Of a DNA stretch of 64,000 bases, positions 11,501-23,842 are shown piece by piece. Each line of letters begins with the position of its first letter. The stretch's first letter is position 1. This DNA comes from Klebsormidium nitens. Its lineage: Eukaryota > Plantae > Klebsormidiophyceae. A program made the position numbers and the translations under genes. Location of the stretch: positions 234,990 to 298,989 of the forward strand of contig DF236953.1 in assembly GCA_000708835.1 (NCBI GenBank), given 5' to 3'. Below the pieces are notes generated by a model. It saw only the letters and a program-made list of their open reading frames with translations. It was not told the origin of the DNA and searched no databases.

Positions 11501-14500
11501 ACAGCGTGATCTTGCTCAGCCTAGCTTGCCTGCTGCTCCCAAAGCGTTTGCATCGATTCTCGGCTTGAGATGGTGTCTGCATTGGTGTTGTGCATGCGTC
11601 TCTCCAAACGAGTCTAAGCCAACCTTTTGATACTAGACGAGAATGCGAGCCGTGGCTCAAGTTCTTGTATGCTTGCTTTACTGTTCGTCGGAAGGGGTCA
11701 AAAGTTGCACATAGGAAATGGTAAAGAGCACAGTCGCGCTGACCATATCTAGGGTCTGATAATCGAACAATTTACGACTGCAGATTTGTGAGAGCGTGTC
11801 GAAAGGCCGGAAACTCTGCCTCCTCTCCGGACCCGCTTCCGTCCGGCCCCTCTCCGGCGGAACTCTACCGCCTCGTTTTAGAACATGCTCTCGCGCGTGA
11901 CGGAACCGCCGAACTGCACGAAACCGCAACAAATGGTCTTCTAGAAGTCGCTTCCACAAATTCCGGCGAGTTTGCCATAGCTTATGCGCCTCGCCTCGGT
12001 CTCTTGCGTCAGCACCTGGGACATACTTCCGTGACGGTCCGAGAATCCGTTGCAAAGCTTATCGGGATTGTGGTCTCCGCTCTGGGACCCGACCGGGTTA
12101 AGGGTTTGTTAAGCGAGTTAACCGACCAGTTTGAGCCCGGGACAAAGGGGCGGTTTGAGGATACGCACGGGGCGATTGCGGCGGCAGGCTACATAGTCGC
12201 GCAGTGTGTCACGGGGGTCCCTGACGTCAGCAGCCTGGTGGGTGACGTCACCAAACGGCTGGGAAAGGCGTTGCTCCTCCCAACGGCGGGGCTGGCCGCA
12301 GCGGCGGCCGAGGCGGTCGGGCATATCGGTCTGAGGGGGCCGCTTCTGCTGCCTGACGACCCCCCCGAAACGGGGGAAGCCGGAAAAGAAACTCCCGAAA
12401 CGGGGAAAGCCAAATCCGAAGATGCTGACGTGGCAGTGACGAGGGGCGTGGTCTTGAAACGACTCGTGGGGCTACTTTCGGACAAGGACATGAAGACCGT
12501 ACAAGCGTCCGTTTTGGCGCTGGGGCATCTGTGCCACGGAGACCGCAGCGCAGGGTTGGCGGAGACTGCGCTGAAGGGCTTATTCACACTGCTGGGGTCG
12601 AAGCACGAGGACACGCTGTTTGCGGTGGGGGAGGCGCTGGCGTTCATTTGGGGGGGCGTCCCGGTGACGGTGGACCAGATTCTGAAGACGGACTTTGTTT
12701 CGCTGGTGGCGTCGAGTAACTTTTTGGCGGGGGACACGGAGGCGGGAGAAGTGGCCATGACGGAAGCAGGTGGGAAGCAACGGATATTGGTTTTTCGCAG
12801 GGCGTCTTTCCTGACAGGGTTTTGCATTTTTGTATGGAATGGAAGTCACCTCACGTGCAAAGAATCTCTTCAGTCTTGACAGGTCGAATATTGAGATCGT
12901 TCCGCCATAACAATGCGATTGTGAGAACGTTTGAGGAATATCATACCCATCTTCAACACTCCGGGCGTCGTCAAGACCTCGTGCCAAGAGATTGACCTGA
13001 ATCTCTTGCAGCAATTTGGCACCCCTCGTGATTCATTTGCCGAATATGTCTGTTGACCTGGATGTGTGTGTTGCGTTCCAGCATAGACTTTCCGTCCGGG
13101 AATTGACAGTTGAGTCTGCAGCGTTCATGAGCCCCTCTGCTGTTGTCTCGCTTGATCCGCAAATCCGCTGACGTTGCGCTGACGTGACCCCCGCAGGCGG
13201 CGCCCCCGAGGAGGAGCTTGCGCGCACGTCCATCGTGCAGCAGCTGTTCGACGAGGCGCTCTTCTCATCGCGCAAGGACGTGCGGTGCGGCGGGTGCGTC
13301 GCTCTAGTTAGCCTCGTGAGCTACTGCGGGCGGCAGGCGCGCATCCAGTCGATGCTGCCAGACATCCAGGATGCGTTCTCGCACCTGCTGGGGGATCCCC
13401 ACGAGCTGACCCAGGTGGGTAGGGTTAGCAAAGGCAACTTTGTGGTCGTTAACGAACTTCTTCGTTCTGGTGTTCCAGAAAGTGTATCAATAGTGTACAT
13501 CCGCTGTTTCCAAAGTGGATCTTTTCAAGGCGTACACCTCTCGATTGCCTTAAAAAGGGCGTCTTATTTGAAAGCTCAAGAAATGCACACTTAGTGAGTC
13601 TGGGTTTTTCTTGGACAATCGGATTGATTTTCGGCCGGTTTGGACTCCCTGCACCAACGATCCGTTTTGTAGGACGTGCAGGTCCAACGCCCACTTTGAG
13701 GGGTAAGTTACTTCTCACTGCATTGACATGACTGGAGGCGTTGATAGCTACGGCTGTATATGTGGGATGAGGGTGTCTCAACTGAAAGATTTCGATTTAG
13801 ATATTTATTGCTGATGTCGCTCACTCGCCTCTTCCAGGAAATGGCATCCCGCGGCCTGAGCATCGTCTACGAACTGGGCGACGCGGCCACGAAGGAAACG
13901 CTCGTCCAAGCTTTGGTGGGCACGCTTTCCGGCACCGCCAAGCGCAAGCGCGCGGTCAAAGTGACCGGGGAGTCGGAGGTGTTCCAGGAGGGGGCCCTGG
14001 GGGAGGCCCCTGGCGGGGGGGGCATGAGCACGTACAAGGAGCTGTGCAGCATCGCAAACGAGATGGGGCAGCCGGACTTGATCTACCGGTTCATGGACCT
14101 GGCGAGACACCAGGTGAGGATCGGTCCTGAAACAGACTGGTTTTGCCTGGTTTATGTAGTCAGAAATAACAAACGGGTAGGAAACAGGATCTGATGTCCG
14201 ATCTGCTCAGCCGGGGACCTTGCGAGATGTTAGCATGGGTTTCACGCGGGACGGGCATGAAAAACATATTTCATTCTGTAGTTCATAAATCGTAGACAAA
14301 CGGATTGCTGCTCTCCGATATACCCGTCGCGGATCTGACAAGATCGTAACTGGGTTTGGGTTGGGGAAGTTTGGGAGCGCTTTGTGTCCAGACCCGCTTC
14401 TCGCTCGTGATTTCTTAGAACTCGATTCCTATTAGCAACGCTCCTTCATCCTGCTTCCATGCTGCATCCTCGCCTTCTGGTCGGTCGTTGTCTTTCTGTC

Positions 14501-17500
14501 GAGCTAGGGAGCTATCAATTGTTTTAGGAAGACTCCATCTTGCATTACTGTTCCTGGTTCTAAAAATGCTCTCGGCGTTGATGCAGAAAATCGACGTTCA
14601 AAGTTCAATCGCTTTCTCTTCCTGTCTGCAGGCCGGGCTCGCGTCTCGCAAGGGCGCCGCTTTCGGCTTCGCGGGCATCGCCAAAAAGGCCGGCGCAGCA
14701 CTCGCTCCCCACACCGCCGCTCTAGTTCCCAAGCTGTACCGTATGCAATACGACCCGAGCCCGGGGATGCGCGACGCGATGGGCCACATTTGGCGCGCTC
14801 TAGTTGCGGAGCCCAAAAAGGCGACCGAGGAGCACTTTGGTGCGATCATGGACGATCTGCTGACGCAGCTCGGATCGCGCATGTGGAGGTCCCGCGAGGC
14901 GGCCGCGCTGGCGCTGTCGGACTTGCTGCAGGGGCGGCGCTGGGAGGAGGTGAGGTTCTGCGGTTAATTAAGGGATCGAAAAGCAGAAATTGAGTTGCGG
15001 ATTTTAGAATCCTGGGTTCTAGATAGTTCGGTTTTGCGGAGATGAGATTTGGTTAGCGGCCGCGCTTGCTCTGTCGGACTTACTGCAAGGGCGGCGCTGG
15101 GAGGAGGTGAGGTCTTAGGGCTTTTTGAGGTTCGGAATTTTGTAGGCTAAACCTTGGAAGTCTACACCAAGGTATAGGTGCTGAACACTTTGGGTCATGC
15201 ACCTGAGATCCAGAGAAGCGGCCGCGCTGGCACTGTCGGAATTGCTGCAAGGGCGACGCTGGGAGGAGGTGAGGCCTTGGGGCTTTTTACGGGTTCGGAA
15301 TTTGTAGGTTTCCAAGGTTTGGTATTTAACACTTCGGGTTGTTGCATCTGAGATCAGAGAAGCGGCCGCGCTTGCGCTGTCGGACTTGCTGCAGGGGCGG
15401 CGCTGGGAGGAGGTGAGGCGGGAGCATATGAGATTTCGGTTGGGGTGGAGAACCTGAGAGTTGTTCGGGTGTTAGAATGGTCCCATAGCAGAGTTCCCGG
15501 AGCTGGAAAGGTCCTTGAAAAAGTACCCTCTGAACCTCTTACATTGGTTGCTTACCTTGATAGGCAAGATTATAAAATTCTGACAGATCAGTCCGGATTT
15601 CTGACCATGCTCCGAAAGGAAGCAGGCCGCGAGCAACTTTTGCTCTGCCTTCGTATCTGGCTTGCTCTACACTAGACGGAGCGACCGAGATTGGCGGACT
15701 CTGTTTGCGCGGGATACAGAAGGGAAAGATGATGGAATACAATAAAATAGGTGGGAATAAGATGACAAACATTCTGGAAGCTTTTTCGATCTCGAACGTG
15801 CGCTCGCGGTGCAGGTGGGCTCCTACCTGGAACGCTGCTGGAGCATGGGCTTCCGCGCCCTGGACGACATCAAAGAGACGGTACGCACCGCCGCCACCAC
15901 GCTGTGCCGCACGCTGACGTCCCTCTCGGCGCGCCTCTGCGACCCCGCCCTCACACCGGAGGCTGATGCCAAGGGTAAGTTTTGGTCCGCAGGGGAGAGG
16001 CTTCGCTGTCATAGGCCGTTCTTCTTTCGTGATTGAGTTCCTCTGTTTCGGAAGGTTCTGGGGTTTCAAGACCGTAGGGATCGTTAGCTCGATTGCTCCA
16101 ACGTCTTCGGATGTTGAGTTCGTAGAAATCGGAGACTTGCTTCGTTTGGGTCGACTGCACCGAGGAAAACGGCACCTTCTGTTTGGTTGAAATTGCGGAA
16201 GATCGAGTCTCATAGGCAAAGAAAACGCTTGGCTGGCACCCTGGGGCTTGGCGTAGATAGCGGAAAGCCTTGGTCTCTCGAGTGCGTTTTTGCATGATTC
16301 TATAAACCTTGAAACTTAGCTTTTTCTAGATGTGAAGCTTTTTTCCTTTTCCCCTCTCTGCAGCCGCGGTCGCGATCGTCCTCCCCTTCCTCCTCACCAC
16401 GGGCGTCCCATCCTCCGTTACCGAAGTCCGCCGCCTCTCGTTGGCGACCGTTACCAAGCTCGTGAAACAAGCCACGCCGGCGGTCGTGCGGCCCCACGTG
16501 CCCGATCTAGTTTTCCACATGCTGGAAGGGCTCTCCAGTCTGGAGGACAGCCGATTGAATTACGTGCAACTTCACGCGGAGCGGATGAACGGGCGCGCCG
16601 CGGAGCAGCTGGAAAGTGCGCGCGTGGCGGCGGCGCGGGACTCGCCGATGTGGGCGACGCTCGAGCTGTGCCTGCGCCAGGTGAGGGTTCGGAGACATGG
16701 GTTAGTGGTTCCGACATGGGTTACCGGTTCCAAGACATGGGTTAAGAGTTCCAAAAAGATGGGTTAGTGGATCTGAGACTCGGGCCTCCCCCGTGTGGGC
16801 GACGCTCGAGCTGTGCCTGCGCCAGGTGAGCGTTCCAAGAGATCTGGGTTGGAAGACTCGATTACGGTGACATAAGTTTGTAACGGTTGTTGCCAGGGTT
16901 TGAAAGGAGCGAGCATTAGGCTGTGGAACGAGCAGAAGCGTCAGGCCGCTGGGGAGTCGAGCCGGCACTGGTTCAGGCCTTTTCACATCTCAATCAGTCT
17001 CTGAAATTGTAGTGCGAGCTGCTTACATTAAGACTTGGTGGGCAAACGGAGAGCGACAAAGTGACTTCTGAGAGAGAGAGGATCAGCAACTGGGACGCAA
17101 AAATCGGGAAGCGCTTCTATTGACCCACAGTCTACCCGGCTTTTCAGGACGCCATGCCCTTCTTACCCATGGGCTCAAAAATAGTCGATTTTCTGAAGCT
17201 TACGCAGAGGTCACGCTTGTTCCTCCTCTGACTTCAAAAACTCCCTTTCTCAGGTCGATGCAGAGACCATGGAGGCCTTGTCTCCGAAGCTGGTGCAGCT
17301 GATCCGCTCCGGTGTGGGCCTTACGACGCGAGCCGGAGTAGCGCGCTTCATCACAATGCTCACAACGGTGAACACGCTTCACCTCGTATCCTTTCGATCT
17401 TAGGATTACAGGTCCCTGCAGTAGAGAATATGAACCTTCTCTTCAACGAAAGTAGGATTAAAGCCAAGGTAAGGAAGCATTTCCATAGCGGGCGCACAGC

Positions 17501-20500
17501 TTGATGGTATGGGCGTCAAAGCTAACCCGCTTAACCTGTCACTTGCTCAAGTTTACACAACCTCCAGGATTCAAGATTCGGACATGAGCTACAGCTGGTT
17601 GTTTGCAGTGCAGAGCCCCGTGTGCCCACACGTAATGCGGTCGCTCTCTCAAAGGCGGTCTGTTTGACATTTGATAGACGAAGAAAATTTCATTTCAGTT
17701 TTCGTCAGAAGATGTGAAACTTTTAGAAGAGTGTGGGGAAACATGGCAAGAACGTCGAGTCGAAATGTCGGTTATTTTCTGCAGCGCACGAGCCCCGAGA
17801 TCGTGCGCCCCCACGCTGCCGCCCTCCTGAAGGCGCTCTTCTCCGTCGTCCGCACCGAAAAGTCCGCCGCCGTCCGCAAGGCGTGCGCGGCCGCGGCTGC
17901 GGGGGTCGCCAAACCCGCGGCGCCCGCGCGCTTCTCCAAGTTCGTGACGGACACGTGTCAGCTGTACGACGCGCCGGGTGACGTGGAGTCGCGGACGGCC
18001 AGCGGGCTGCTGCTGAGGGAACTGTCGCGGCAGGTACGTCTTGATATTAGTCGAGTTGAGCCAGGTTGATTTACAAAACGCAGAACTGGGAGGCGTACTA
18101 AGACGACTACCCAAGATTGAAGTAACGTGCTTCGCACCTGAATCCATTCTCAATTTCAAATCAATTCATCCGGTTTCCGACTGACCTACATCAACGTGGC
18201 TGTATCTGAACCTGAAACGAATACTACTTCCCGGCAGGCCAACGAACAGCTGAAGGGGATGTATACGGAGGTTTTGCCGCTTGCGTTCGTGGGCAAGTAT
18301 GACGACGAGAAGGAGGTGCGCGCGCTATTTGGGGAGGTGTGGGAAGAGAACACGAGCAGCGTCTCGACGTCGCTGCAGGTAAGCGGGCCGGATGCACATT
18401 GTTTTTGAAACCTCAGACTTTCTAAGATTTGGGGTCTGTGACGCTCTACAAAGGGCGGTCAGTTTTGCCTGTTGTTATAGAAAGCTTCGGAACGGTACGG
18501 GTGGCTTTAAGACGGCGCTATGCCAAATATCGCTTAGTTTGAACGTCTTTCTATGCTTCCCAAGTGGTAGACTGTTGGAGCGCTAGTATGGGGGACAAAC
18601 CTTCAGCAATAGTTTACGACATCAGCCCAGCGAGAGCGATTGTGCCCATCACTCGTTCTGGAGCACTTGACGAGTTCTTCACGCCCCGAAACTGAATGAG
18701 AAGACCCGCTTTCTGCAGCTGTACCTACAAGAGATCATGGCGCGCATTCTGCCCGGCCTCGCCTCTTCGTCCTGGTCCACCAAACAGCAGTGCGCGAAAG
18801 CCTCGGCTGCTCTCGCCGAGGGCATTAAGGGCGACCTCGGCCCCAACGGCTCCACTCTTCTGGTCGCCCTCCTGGGGGAACTCCCGGGGCGGTTGTGGGA
18901 CGGCAAGGAAGCCGTTTTGCACGCAATCGGGGGAATCTGCAAGGCTTGTTCGGAGACGATTGTTTCGGGGGGTGGAAAGGAAATCACGCCGGAAAAGATT
19001 GTGGCGGCGGTCGTGGCGGCGGGGGGGCGCAAGAAGGGGAGCTTCAGGGAGGCAGCCTTTGAATGCCTCGAGAAGGTGCGGGGGGCCGTTTGGGTTTCTC
19101 TATCTCGGCGTCCCGTTTACCTGCACACCATTCTTTCCTTTATCATGTCACGCTCCCTTTCTTGATGTCACCATTGGCCCTGAAGTTTTGGTGAAGTTGG
19201 CAGCTCTTTGTGACGTTGTGGCGCACAACGGCATCTGCACTTGTCGTGCGCATTTCGTCTTCGTTTGCGCTTCTACCAAGTACTATGCTCGGACGTCGGC
19301 CTTGACGCAGATTGCTAGCCCGCAAAGTCCTTCTGATCGGTCATCTGCCCTCATCTCTTTTGCTCCTCCAACTTACGGCTCGAGTTGAAAGACAAATTCT
19401 GTTCTTTAAGAGCACACTCGAATCCACGCTGCTTCAGGTGCTCCAAGCCTTCCAGAAAGAGGATCTCTTTGCCCACGTGGCGACCCTACTGCTGGACGTC
19501 GCCTCCAGCGCTCCCCCGGCCCCCAAGAGCAACTATGACGTCAGCGAGGGGGGCGCCAGCAAAGAGAACGAGGACGAGGCCGGCCCGGCACCGCCCCTTG
19601 CGCCAGCTCTGGTGAGCAACCCCAGAGCTGGAGAATGAGTTGATCTGAATATTCTGAACATAGAACTGAAAACAGAGTCTGCCGAAGACTGGAACCCAAT
19701 GCTGTGCTGAGATCATAATTCAAAGCTTTGTGATAGATTTCGAGATCATGAAGTTTTATGAAGTGCACATTTGCGCACGTGCACGGCGCCTGCAAGCAGT
19801 CAGTGGAGCTGTTCCTAGCAGAAAAATGGGAGCGAGTTCTTTGGTGCTTTGTACCCTTCTTGAGCTGCTTATTAAGTGCGCGACGAGATGAGGAGGTACT
19901 TTCCAAACGTCATAAATCATTGTTAAGCTTTCATTCCGGGTTCAAAATCCTTGGCTTCAATACAAATTATCCGTGGCTTGAGGGTTCTATGTTCAATGGA
20001 CCCAGGGGCATGGTGCGGCAAGAGACCAGCTTTCCCTTGACAGGGAAAGTTTGTTTGGGAGCATGTTTAGGAAGTTTGATGCCGGCCCACGACTGCCTTG
20101 CTTGTCAGAAGCAGGCAACCATTTATGTGCAGCACATTGTACTATGAATTGGCACGTGCTGACCGTCCGATCATCATCGCAGGGCTGCCTTGCTGCCGCT
20201 TGGGAGGGGGCTGCCCCTGCAACGGTCCAGGCGCGGGGGCCGGAAGTCGAGGCTACGCTGGTGACTGCTCTGAGCAGTGACCGTCCGTGGACTGGTGAGG
20301 AAACTGAACCTGCAAATACTGCTTTTGGCGTCCATTCTGCACCTTGAGAGCGCCAACGTGCGATGCTCCTGCCAATGTGCACGTTGGAAGTACACAGAGG
20401 GTGGGCAAACTTGTAAGAACGAGAGATAATGGCACAGTTTTACTCTTGCATTGTTCTGAGTAGATGTTGGGAAAGTAGTAGGGCCAATGTGACTCCGTTT

Positions 20501-21369
20501 CCAGGCTGACTGCTTGGTCTGAAAGCACAAGGAAAATGGGAGCGGGGTGGTCTTACTTTCCCGGCTCCTTAACCAAGAGCCTTGACCCGATCAGCCTGTA
20601 GTCCGTCGGAAAGAGCGGCGTTGTTTTGCGGCGGGTCAGCGATTACGGGATGCTGACAGCTGGCATGCGCGTCCTTGTGCAGTGCGCGTGGCGGCATTGA
20701 ATGCGGCACGAACGTTTGTCAAAAAGGCGGCCGGAGGATCGGGGGTCGAAGGCGAGGGTCAACTGAAGGCGCTGATTGGAAAGGTGCTCGAGAACACGGA
20801 AGACCTCAAGTATAGCCAGGTGGGTGTGCAAGTTTATTCGCTCCACACCCACGTGTTCGAGGGAACTTTCTGCTGCGGGCCTTCAGAAAAGTTTGGATCC
20901 ACTTATACACTTCGCCCGCGATTGTGAGTCAGCACTCAAACCACTTCTGTGCCGTCCTGACAGTAAAGCCAATCTTGAGGAGTAGAGTAGCTACTTGTAA
21001 AGCCCTTTCTAGAGCGATTTAAACCGTTCACTAACTCCACTTTGAGGAGCACGCAAGCCCCGCCATGAAGTTTTCTGCGGTCGTTTCAAAGTTGAATGTC
21101 GGGGATCTTACTTTGTTTGCCGTGTCGTGTCCTCGCAGGTCCGGTCCAACGCGCTGGACTGTCTGGCAGACTTGCTGACGGTCAACGACCACGGGAGCGC
21201 GCTCTCTCGCGATGTATCTTCGCAAGTCAGGACGCGGCTAGAGAGCATGGCTCTGGAGGACAAGAATGCGACGCTGAGGGCCCAAGCTCTGCGGACGATT
21301 GAGCTCTTCGATCACGTGCCCAATAAAGAGGACACTCATGACCGGCCAGTTCCTATGCAGAGTGATTAA
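5534..21369 (+). CDS. ECM29: Proteasome adapter and scaffold ECM29 (HEAT repeats), 23 exons, 1829 aa
   Basis: Exons 5534-5692, 6827-7084, 7476-7721, 8276-8465, 8913-9062, 9538-9769, 10022-10130, 10671-10849, 11310-11486, 11784-12769, 13197-13414, 13838-14113, 14632-14949, 15815-15974, 16364-16680, 17254-17367, 17785-18033, 18238-18378, 18719-19075, 19438-19611, 20183-20294, 20683-20819, 21139-21369. All GT-AG; total 5490 nt. ECM29-typical peptides: LDRFLTRLALT, VLEMLSHINKRVK, TYKELCSIANEMGQPDLIYRFMDLA, LVPKLYRMQYDP, WRSREAAALALSDLL. Confidence 0.92.
8559..8587 (+). repeat. Intronic copy of the ECM29 exon 4 3' end plus donor
   Basis: ctccatcttgcaagGTgcgtcactggttg versus the real junction ctccatcttccaagGTgcgacattggttg (8452-8480): 26/29 identical. 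Confidence 0.75.
14890..15418 (+). repeat. Tandem array of about 150-160-nt units: ECM29 exon 13 3' end + donor + intron start (real junction plus 3 intronic copies)
   Basis: Copies at 15056-15112, 15206-15274 and 15359-15418 each end in tgggaggag|GTGAGG, like the true junction at 14949. The intronic spacers are also homologous to each other. Confidence 0.95.
16640..16830 (+). repeat. ECM29 exon 15 3'-end/donor copy plus an intervening 21-nt minisatellite
   Basis: tgtgggcgacgctcgagctgtgcctgcgccag|GTGAG occurs at the real junction (16680) and again ending near 16830. Between them are about 4 units of ggttccaagacatgggttagt. Confidence 0.9.
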
Positions 21370-21825
21370 ATAGGACTGGATTTGCAGGGGGAAGAACCTT
21401 GGTTCTTATACTCGCTGGCGTCGGCGCTTGCAACCCCTACTAAGGTCCGTACTAATCAAAAGATGGTCTTCTGGAAATTCAGCGTCATGCCGCAAGGCAC
21501 GCCATGTCAAAGGGCATCGGGCTTAGATCTTGGATCGTGAATCGAAGGCGGTTGCTTTTGGATTGTGTTGGATGGTGAAGTTGATCGCGGCGCTGCGGCT
21601 ACTTTTGGCTTCCAACTACATGTCGCGTCAAGTTTGCTCATCAAAATCAGTGCGCAGATATGGCAGTAACTGACACCATCTCGCAATTGACTGCGGCCAT
21701 CCGATCACATGCGCGGGCGACCATCCAATCAAACGAGCGACATGCAGTTGGAAGCGAAAAGTACTATAGCCTAGCCGCACGGCCCACGATTCACCATCCA
21801 TTTACACAACCCATGGCACAATCCG

Positions 21826-22038
21826 ATCGTGTCAGAACATGTATGTGCAAGGGCGTCCGGAACTCCGAAAATCGGCCCTCGCAGGCCGGGGGGGCTGGTG
21901 GCCGGTGGGGGCAACATCTAGCTGGGCAGGATCGATTTACCCCTCGGTAAAAGCGTGCGTCAAGAGGGAAGGGGGGAGCTGGTGGCCGGTTTTATTTTCG
22001 GAGTTCCAGACGCTCCTGCACACATGTTTTGACACGAT
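21826..22038. mobile_element. MITE-like foldback element (about 210 bp, about 45-bp imperfect inverted arms)
   Basis: Left arm atcgtgtcagaacatgtatgtgcaagggcgtccggaactccgaaaat (21826-21872) matches the reverse complement of 21993-22038. Internal direct repeat gctggtggccggt x2. No TSD found. Confidence 0.6.
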
Positions 22039-22834
22039 GCCCATAGTATATGATCATGCAAGTCGAGCCCCTCAGAATTTCTAGCTATCGCCGCGGTCGG
22101 ATGGCCTCAACTCAACGATTATGCAGCTCTCAATCATTAATATGTTCTTGAGTTCATTCATAAGCGCCGCGCAGCTAGACCCTAGATCGAGGCCACACTG
22201 CACATATGCACTGCAAAGGGCCCGCGCGAGACTCACAGACCTACCTAAAATTTGACTCGGATTACAACGGAATCTTACCCCCATTCCCCAGAAATCACAA
22301 AAAGAGGCGAAGCTCGAAAGGCGGTGAATTTTCAGTGTGCATGATTTGATGCATCATAGCAATATGCGCACTGAAGTTGCGTTTTACAGTTTTGAATCTG
22401 CACAACAGGTGTGCCTCCTCGACGATTCATTTTGATGAGCCGCCTTTAGTCACATGTTACTCGTGTCCATGCGGCAGAGGATTCCAAGATTGCTCATGAC
22501 CCTTGTTCAACCTCCGTGTTTCATTTGAAAGCTTATAAACGTTATGGTATTGGCACCAGCTTCACGGCTTTTTAAAACATGCTTGCACAAGAAGAGCCTG
22601 GATGCGCCAGAAAAGCCGTTGACACATTGCCTGGAGTGTCAAGACAGTTACTTGATTCGATCAGATGATAACTAGGACGGCATTCTGCAACGGTCCCTCG
22701 TTAAAAGGTGCACAGCCCCTCTGAATCTCTCACTTCGATCGTCCGTTGTGCACCCTATGTGCAAGCAGAAATGGCAAACACTCCAATCTGCAACGCATCC
22801 ACGCTAGTGCCTTTGTTTCGATGCGGTGAAGGTC

Positions 22835-23810
22835 CTACAGATCTGCCCGCCCTGGATACCGGGGGAACGGGATGACGTCACGGATGTTCTCCATACCCGT
22901 AGCAAAGAGAATCATCCGTTCGAAGCCCAGGCCGAATCCCGCGTGCTTGACCGTCCCGTACTTTCGCGTCTCCAGGTACCATTCGTACGGCTCCCGAGGA
23001 AGGCCCATTTCTTGTAATCTGCGAACAACACGCTGAGGTTAGTTGGATCCATCTTTCAGTACTCTCCCGCAACCAAATCATCGTCCAAAACTCTCTCGCA
23101 GCCCAATCATCGTCCAAAGTCAGAGAAATCTTCAGAAAAACAGGGTGGCACCCTCTGCAGATGCGGACTGCCAAACGCAACGCTTTCTTTCCTCTGCAGC
23201 GCTGAAAGGCCTCCCACGGCTCGTCACCCGCTTCGAAGCCCCGATGCGGCTTCATTACGTCCAGCTATCCGGTTCTGGACCGGTATGCTCAATCGACGGA
23301 ATCAAATTCATCCTGCAGTCTCGTCAGTCCTTGAGCATTGAAACTCGGGGTCTTCCATCAAACCCTCAGATCTGGAAGGCAAAACCCAGGTTCAAAAAAA
23401 GCTCACCGTTGCTCAAGCACCTCTAGTCGTTCCTTGCCCTGGCTTCCTCCGACCAACTTCCCGACCCCGCGCATCAGAACGTAATATGCAAACCCAAATC
23501 GCAACACTCAAAACCCAAGACCGGAAACCCAAAACCCAAAACCGCATGCCTCAGACCCCAAATTCCAGCCCCAAAATAGAGTCCCAAACCCTCCTCAACT
23601 TTGCTCCAGCACCTCCAGTCGCTCCTCAAACTGACTCGCCCCGACCAGCTCCCCGACCCCGGGCACCAGAACCCAAATCACGAAACTCCAAACCCCAAAA
23701 CCAAACCCTAAAACCTTCACCTTTGTTCCAGCACCTCCAGTCGCTCCTCGCGCTGGCTCCCCCCGACCAGCTCCCCGACCCCGGGCACCAGGACGTCCAT
23801 CGCGGCGACC

Positions 23811-23842
<32 letters not shown>

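Noticed and set aside
14197-14235. Possible very old echo of the ECM29 exon 12 end (gaccttgcgaga)
   Set aside because: Similarity too short and gapped to distinguish from chance.
14950-15418. Repeat-spacer appearance of the echo arrays suggesting CRISPR
   Set aside because: Eukaryotic introns; the repeats are exon copies, the spacers are homologous to each other, and there are no cas genes.
17386-17394. GTATCCTTT, a perfect U12-type donor consensus 18 nt downstream of the ECM29 exon 16 donor
   Set aside because: No TCCTTAAC-like branch point before the 17785 acceptor, and the protein reads like ECM29 without the extra VNTLHL. Probably chance.
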